DNA of 64,000 nucleotides from an uncultured Actinomycetes bacterium (GTDB lineage Bacteria; Actinomycetota; Acidimicrobiia; Spongiisociales; DATADW01): NCBI GenBank assembly GCA_963824995.1, contig CAWGRK010000014.1, positions 1 to 64,000 of the forward strand, read 5' to 3'. Shown piece by piece: positions 57,349 to 64,000 of this stretch (position 1 is its first letter; each line of letters starts with the position of its first letter). The notes under the pieces were generated by a model. It saw only the letters and a program-made list of their open reading frames with translations, ran no database searches and was not told where the DNA came from. The position numbers and the translations under genes were made by a program.

Positions 57349-58175
57349 TGCTCGGTCCGAACCGCTACGGCAAGTCGGGGGTGCGCGTCTTCAAGCTCCA
57401 TCGGGGCGAGGACCGCGACGAGATCACCGACCTGACGGTGCGTGTCCTGCTGTCCGGCGACTACGGGATGCGCACGTCGCCGGTGACAACCGAAACGTCC
57501 TGCCCACCGACACCATGAAGAACACTCTCTACGTCCTGGCCCAGGACCACCTCGGTCCCGAGATCGAGCGGTTTCGGGCTCCATGCCGGTCATCATCTTC
57601 TCGACGCCTCGGGCGCCGATCGGGTGTCGGTGGCCCTCTCCGAGCGGAGTTGGAGCCACCTTCCCGGAGCGGGTCACGCCTTCGCCTCCACGGGCACGGA
57701 GCGGAGGCTGGCCCGGGTCGTGGTGACGTCGCGGGAGGGCGAGCTCTCGGCGGGCTTGATGGTCTGCTGCATCCTCAAGAGCGCCGGCTCACGGTTCTCG
57801 GGTTTCCCCCGTGACCAATTCACCACCCTCGCCGAGACCGAGGACCGGATACTCGCCACCAGGCTCACCGCGCGGTGGAGCTACCCGGACCCGCTCGACG
57901 ACTACCTCGCAACCTGGCGAGGAGTGCGGGACACGCTGCTCGAGTCATTCGCCTCGATCGACAGCGACTCGGCCAGAACCAGGGATACGAGATGGGACAG
58001 GCCGTGCTGGCGTCACACCCAGAAGTCGGCGAGATCCGACTCCGGCTGCCCAACGTCCACCACCTCGAGTTCGGTCTCGACCCGCTTCGCGCATCGACGA
58101 CCGCGGCGTGGTCTACCAACCCACCGACGAGCCCTTCGGCGACATCGCCCTCACGGTGCGGAGAGAGACGGATGA
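57348..58175 (+). CDS. pucL: Urate oxidase (uricase), indels
   Basis: NRYGKSGVR, GDN..VLPTDTMKNT, LKSAGS.F.GF.RDQFTTL.ET.DRILAT, PNVHH, PFG. Confidence 0.9.
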
Positions 58176-58474
58176 CGGAAGACGGAAGACTGACGAGCGA
58201 AACTCGACGCTGGAAGCGGGGGGAATGGTTAGCTCCCAAGGTGCGAAAGCGGCGGATCGAGCAACGTTGGGAGTTCGCCAGCCCCCTACCCGCTGCTCCG
58301 CAGCGGGTCCCTTCGCCATCGGGGGGACGGAGAATCGCGGCGAGCCCTTCTGAACGGTTCGCTCCCCGCCGGGCAGTCGGGGGACGAGAGCATCCGCTCG
58401 CTCGCCCCGGTAGGCCGCGGGAGGCTGGTTCATTCCCAGAGGTGCGATGCCTGGGGATTGACTTCCGCCTTCCG
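58165..58474. repeat. Composite intergenic repeat between convergent genes
   Basis: nnGACGG heptamers 58165-58192; core 58224-58272 similar to 19541-19592; arm 58265-58329 similar to 45817-45885; second partial core 58424-58447. Confidence 0.75.
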
Positions 58475-58475
58475 A

Positions 58476-59818
58476 CTAGCCGGTGGCGTCGCGGCGGCCC
58501 TCGAGGATGCGCAGGAACGATCGGGTGCGAAGCTCGTCGACGGTCAGGCCGGTCAGGTCGGTGACTTCGTCCTCGGTGACGGCACCGCAGTTGAGGGCGC
58601 GGAGGAAGGAGTTGAGCAGACCCTGGCCGGTGGCGGCATCGTCGAATACCTCTCCCACCAGGGTGGCGGTCGCCGCCTGGTCCATGAAGGCGCGGAGCCG
58701 GGCGCCGGCGGGTTCGATGCTCTCCAGAAAGAACGAGTACACGGCGGCGTAGCGGCTGGGCAGTTGGGCGGGATGCAGGTCCCAACCCTGGTAGTACCCG
58801 TGGGCGAGCGAGTGCCTGATGTCGTTGTAATGGAGCCGCCATGCGCCGTGGACGGTGCGCCGGTTCTCCTCTTGCTTGCTCGTCGGTCAGGTCGGCGCCG
58901 CGGTGCACCGGTACCGGCATGACGTTGGTGGCGCCGTCGCTGAGCCATACCCCGCTGCCCGCCAGGCTCACCTGCTGGACATGGCGGGCGAAGTCGCACG
59001 CCGGATGGGTCATCGACTGGTAGGCGGCGGTGATCGAGCAGGATGCGGTGTAGTCGTATGTGCCGAAGTGAGCGGCGATGACCCGTCCGTTGCCGGCGTC
59101 GACCAGCCGGCGAACCCCGGTGAGACCGTCGTCGCCGATGATCGACTGCGGTGTCTCCACCATGAGCTCGCAGGGCACCCTGCCGATCCCGAGCGCTCCC
59201 TCCAACTCGGAGAGCGCCGCATCGAGCACCGCCACCTGCTCGGGGTCGACGACCTTGGGCATGGTCACGACGAAGCCATCGGGCAAGCCCGCCTGACTGC
59301 TCGACGAGCGTTGTGATGAAGATGTCGAGCGTGCGCAGCGACCTGCGGTGAAGGTCGGCTGAGAAGGGCTTGATCCGGATCCCGATGAAGGGTGGTGCGG
59401 TCCCTTCAGCCGCCGCCGTGGCCACCTCGGCGGCGGCCGAGCGGGCGTGCCCGTCCTCTTCGTCGTCGGGTCGGTTTCCGTACCCGTCCTCGAAATCGAG
59501 CCGGAAGTCCTCGACCGGTTCCCGCTCCAGTTTGTCCACCACTCTCTGGTAGACCCGCTCGACGAGGTCTGCGCCCCCGGCCATCCCGAGAGCGCCAGCC
59601 GAGCGTCTCGCCGTCCGGGCGCATAGCGTCTGGAGGGCCCTCCGAGCCAGCTCGCCGAGCTTTGGCGCGGTCGCTGCGGTGAAGAGGTGGGCTCCGCCGT
59701 AGACGGTGTGCACCGGCTGGCGCTTCCCCGATTCTCCGGGATATCGAGCGGCGATCCGATCGTTGACCGGGCGAAGCCTCTCGCTGAGTGTGTCGATGCT
59801 GTGGTCGCCGAGCGTCAT
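58476..59818 (-). CDS. HpcH/CitE-like aldolase/lyase fold protein (DUF6986-like), indels
   Basis: RQPVHTVYGGAHLF, EPVEDFRLDFEDGYG, HFGTYDYTA, LSDGATN, QGWDLHPAQLP, DDAATGQ. Confidence 0.85.
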
Positions 59819-59824
59819 GCGGTC

Positions 59825-59834
59825 ACGGTACCGT
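59825..59834. promoter_or_regulatory. Bidirectional -10 element for two divergent leaderless genes
   Basis: Palindrome ACGGTACCGT gives TACCGT on both strands, 6 nt and 8 nt from the two ATGs. Confidence 0.6.
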
Positions 59835-59842
59835 CGCCGCCC

Positions 59843-61208
59843 ATGGGGACGCTGCTGCTCCGCCATGCCGCGGTGCTGGTGACGATGGACGATCGAGGCA
59901 CCGAGATCTCCGATGGCGCCGTGTTCGTCCGTGACGGGTGGATCGAGCAGGTCGGCCCCACGGCAGTCCTGCCCGGACTACCGCCGATCAGGTGGTCGAC
60001 CTCACCGGCCACCTGCTTCTCCCCGGATTGGTCAACACCCACCATCACTTCACCCAGACCCTGACCCGGGCGGTCCCAGGCGCCCAGGACGCCAACCTCT
60101 TCGACTGGCTCACCACGCTCTATCCGCTTTGGGGCCGGATCACCCCCGACCACGTCCGGGTCTCGACGACGGTGGCGCTGGCCGAACTGGCGCTCTCCGG
60201 GTGCACGACCGCCGCCGACCACACCTATTTGTGGCCCGGCGAGGCACCCGGCTCGATGACCAGGTGGAGGGCGCCGCCGACGTTGGGATCAGGGTCCACC
60301 TGTCGCGCGGCTCGATGAGCGTTGGCGAAAGCAGCGGTGGGCTTCCTCCCGATGACGTGGTGGAGGATGAAGCGCTCAATCATGGCGGACAGCGAGCGAG
60401 TCATCGACAGCTTCCACGACCCTGCAGCCCGGGGCGATGTTGCAGGTGGCGTTGGCACCGTGCTCTCCGTTCACCGTGAGCCCGGACTTGATGACCGTCT
60501 CCGCCACGACTGGCGAGAAGCGCCGGTGTGCGGCTCCACACCCATCTGGCCGAGACGGTCGACGAGGAGCGCTACTGCAGGGAGCGGTTTGGCGTCGACC
60601 CCGGTTGAACTCGCCGAGCAATTCGGCTGGCTGGGTGACGACGTCTGGTGGGCCCACGCCGTCCACGTCGGTGACGACGGTGTCCGTCGCCTCGCCGAGA
60701 CCGGAACCGGAGTGGCGCACTGCCCGACCTCGAACATGCGGCTCGGTTCGGGAATCGCTCCGCTACAGGCGCTACCTGGATGACGGTGTGCCGGTGGGGA
60801 TCGGGGTTGACGGCTCCGCCTCCAACGACGGAGGGGGCCTGCTGGCCGAGGCGCGCCAGGCGATGCTCCTCGCTCGCCTCGCCGCGGCCCCCGACGGGCC
60901 ACTGCTCGCGGCGCGGACCGCGCTGCGGCTGGCGACGGCCGGTGGCGCCGAGGTGCTGGGAAGACGGGACATCGGGTCGCTCGAAGCGGGCAAGGCTGCG
61001 GACATGGTGGCGGTGCGGGTCGACCACCTCGAATACGCCGGTGCAGGGTGGGATCCGGTCGCGGCGCTGCTGCTGTGCGCCCCGGTGGGGATCGACCGGT
61101 CGTGGGTCCACGGTGCGCTCCGTGGTGGTGGACGGTGAGTTGGTCACGGTCGATGTCCCGCCCCTGGTCGAGAGGCACAACGCCATGGCGAAGGCTCTCG
61201 CGGGCTGA
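59843..61208 (+). CDS. 8-oxoguanine deaminase (amidohydrolase), indels
   Basis: PGLVNTHHH.TQTLTRA, LFDWL, SGCTT..DH, RGSMSVG, LAPCSPF, HTHLAET, HCPTSNMRLGSG, GVDGSASND. Confidence 0.88.
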
Positions 61209-61241
61209 GCGGAGTGGTCCTCGGCTAGCTTCGGCGGGGGA

Positions 61242-62040
61242 GTGGATGCCTATCTCGCCCCCGGCCTCGACGAGGCGCTCGGGTTCCTCCAGGAGTGGCC
61301 CGACGCCACGCCGCTGGCTGGAGGAACCGATCTCATGGTCGAGGTGAACGCGGGGCGGGCCCGACCGCAGAGGGTGCTCTCGCTTGCGGCGTGTGCCCGA
61401 ACTGCAGGAATGGGAGGACGGCAGGATCGGGTCCGGTGTGACCTGGCGGAGGTTGCAAGACGCCGGCCACCCGGCGCTGGCCCAGGCGGCACGGACCATC
61501 GGCTCACCTCAGATCCGAAACGCCGGCACTCTGGGAGGCAACGTGGGCACCGCCAGCCCGGCGGGCGATGGGCTCGCCTTTCTCGCCGCCGCCGACGCCG
61601 ACATCGAACTCGCCTCAGCAGGTGCCACCCGGAAGGTGGGCTGGGAAGAGTTCTTCGTCGGCGTCAAGCAGACCTCGAGACGGCCCGACGAGCTCATCAC
61701 TGCGGTGACGATCCCGAGCGACATCCCGGGGCGACAGGCCTTCGGGAAGGTGGGGATCCGATCGGCGATGGTGATCTCCATCGTGGTCTGTTGCGTGCTG
61801 CGCCACGAAGACGGTGCCACCCGGGTGGCATTGGGCTCGGTGGCGCCGACCCCGATGAGGGCTCAGGATGCCGAGCGGATGATCTCGGCGGAGCGCCACC
61901 CCTCGGCCGCCGCGCTCGATGAGTTCGCCCGCTTGGTCGCCGGGGAGGTGCGGCCGATCACCGATCATCGCTCGACCTCCGACTATCGGCGTCACGCCGC
62001 CGGGGTGCTCGCCCGGAGGCTGCTGGAGCGTGTGCTGTGA
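61242..62040 (+). CDS. pucC: Xanthine dehydrogenase FAD-binding subunit, indel
   Basis: LAGGTDLMV, IGSPQIRNAGTLGGN, ASPAGD, PITDHRSTSDYRR. Confidence 0.88.
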
Positions 62041-62510
62041 TCGTCAATGTCGTCGTCAACGGTGAGAACCGTTCTGCCACCGTCCAGGGAAGCGAGAGCC
62101 TGCTCACCATGCTGCGCGACGAGTTGCGGCTTGCCGGTTCGAAGAACGCTTGCGAGGAGGGCGAGTGTGGTTCCTGCTCGGTGATCCTCGATGGCCGGTT
62201 GGTGTGCTCTTGTCTGGTGATGGCAGCGGACACCGATGGCTCGACCGTGTCGACCGTCGAGGGGGTCGCTGGAGGCAGCGGCTCGTTCCATCCGGTGCAA
62301 CAGGCACTGCTCGAAGCGGGGGCGACCCAATGCGGCTTCTGCACGCCGGGGTTCGTGATGGCGATTGTCGACCTGCTCGACCGTGTGCCCCATCCCGACA
62401 CCGCCGACATCGGGGAGGCGCTGGCGGGAAACATCTGCCGATGCACCGGCTACGGGTCGATCGTACGGGCGGTGCGCCGGCTCTCCGATGCTGAGGGCGG
62501 GGAGAGGTGA
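62037..62510 (+). CDS. pucE: Xanthine dehydrogenase 2Fe-2S subunit
   Basis: GSKNACEEGECGSC, QCGFCTPG, GNICRCTGY. Confidence 0.92.
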   Translation: MIVNVVVNGENRSATVQGSESLLTMLRDELRLAGSKNACEEGECGSCSVILDGRLVCSCLVMAADTDGSTVSTVEGVAGGSGSFHPVQQALLEAGATQCGFCTPGFVMAIVDLLDRVPHPDTADIGEALAGNICRCTGYGSIVRAVRRLSDAEGGER

Positions 62511-62511
62511 G

Positions 62512-64000
62512 GTGACCGCACCGACCCGGACTGTCCAGCGACCACCGGTGGATGTCGCTGCCGGCGTGGGGACCTCCGCCAACCGGCCCGACGCCATCCC
62601 CAAGCTCACCGGGAGCTTCGCCTACCCCTCCGATCTATGGGCAGAGGGGATGCTGTGGGGCGCCACGGTGAGGAGCCCGTTCGCCCGCGCCCGTATCGGA
62701 GCGATCGACGTGGCTCCTGCCCTGGCGGTCCCCGGGGTGGTGGCGGCGCTCACCCAGGACGATGTCCCGGGGAGGAAGACCTTCGGCCTGGAGCACACCG
62801 ACCAACCGGTGCTCGCCGACGGAGAGGCGCGCTTCTTCGGGGAGCCTGTCGCCCTGGTGGTGGGTCGTGACGAAGAGACGGCAAGACAGGGAGCCGACGC
62901 GGTGGTGGTCGAGTTCGAAGAACTGGAGCCGCTGGTCGACCCGGAAGAGGCCGACCGTCGCGACGAGGTGTTCCGCCGGCTGCGGATCAGACGGGGAGAC
63001 CCCGACCTCCGTGGCGACGTCGTCGTCGAGGGTTACTACGAGGTGGGCATCCAGGACCAGGCGCCGTTGGGACCGGAAGCGGGTCTTGCCGTGCCCGACG
63101 GGGACGGTGGGGTCGATCTCTACGCCACCAGCCAGTGGGTCCACGTCGACCACACCCAGATCGTCGCCTCGCTCGGGCTGCGGCCCGACCAGGTGAGGGT
63201 CCACCCCGCCGGGATGGGTGGCGCCTTCGGAGCCCGCGAGGACCTCAACCTCCATATCCATCTCTGTCTGCTCGCACTACGCACCGGGAAGCCGGTGAAG
63301 ATGGCGTACCGCCGTGCCGAGTCGTTCGCCGGCCACGTCCACCGTCATCCGGCGCGGATGTGGTACCGGCACGAGGCGGACACGGTCGGGGAGGCTGGTG
63401 CGGGTCGAGGCCCGGATCCTGCTCGATGGTGGCGCGTACGCATCGTCCACCACTGCGGTGGTGGCCAACGCCTCCTATTTCGCCGTGGGCCCGTATAGGT
63501 GCGACACGGTCATGGTCGAAGGGGTCGGTGTACGCACCAACAACCCGCCGTGCGGTGCGATGCGCGGGTTCGGTGCGGTGCAGTCGTGCTTCGCCTACGA
63601 GTCGCAGATGGACCGCCTCGCCGCCGCCCTGGAGATGGACCCCCTCGAGTTGCGCCGCCGCAACGCACTGGCCACCGGCGATGTGCTCGCCACCACCGGT
63701 CAGGAGATCGAAGGTCCGCTTCCCACCCTCGAAGTCATCGACTCGGTGGCTTCGCTGCCGCTCCCCGAACCGATGACCGGAGACGATCCCCGATCTGCTC
63801 CCGGGCGGGGTCGGTTTGACCACGCCCCCGTCAGCCGTGAGGCGCGGTGTCGGCTACGCCGTCGGCATGAAGAACCTCGCCTTCTCGGAGGGGTTCGACG
63901 ACTACGCCGAGGCGCGGGTGACGCTCACGCCCCAAGGAGCCACGGTGGAGACCGCCGCCGTCGAGGTCGGGCAAGGACTCATGGCGGTCCTCGCCCAGAT
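62512..64000 (+). CDS. pucD: Xanthine dehydrogenase molybdopterin-binding subunit, 3'-truncated by window edge, indels
   Basis: QDQAPLGPE, GMGGAFGARED, HVHRHPA, TNNPPCGAMRGFG, KNLAFSEGFDDY, AVEVGQG. Confidence 0.9.

Noticed and set aside
1..64000. tRNA, rRNA, transposase, integrase, prophage or defence genes
   Set aside because: None recognised; the AAA-TPR protein has transcription-factor domains rather than a nuclease, TIR or SIR2 effector.

Overview
High-GC (roughly 65-70% by eye) chromosomal window, most likely from an Acidimicrobiia-like actinobacterium (inferred from an F420-dependent LLM enzyme, a class E sortase, Thr/Ala-linker lipoproteins and many leaderless genes). From about 8 kb onward most genes carry single-base indels, typical of an unpolished long-read assembly, so gene ends are approximate and the breaks are not evidence of pseudogenes. 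Content: BNR protein + MoaD pair; complete L-rhamnose uptake/catabolism cluster; two VOC proteins; a large SARP/BTAD-AAA-TPR-DUF1670 regulator; nitroreductase; aromatic amino acid ammonia-lyase; OmpR-type two-component system; assorted metabolic and envelope genes; paaCDE + TetR with a perfect PaaR-type operator; and a purine uptake/degradation cluster running off the right end. No rRNA, tRNA, CRISPR array, transposase or phage gene was recognised. Best candidate for an undescribed system: an unannotated 32-codon gene (14848-14946, minus strand) directly behind the TPR-rich regulator. It encodes only a Sec signal peptide plus a 7-residue tail (GLDNMRP), has its own RBS, is preceded by an 11-bp-period direct repeat of SARP-box geometry, and is followed by a structured 3' region. 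This suggests a peptide-signalling (RRNPP-like logic, AfsR/afsS-like layout) module. A dispersed composite repeat family with heptamer arrays is also present.
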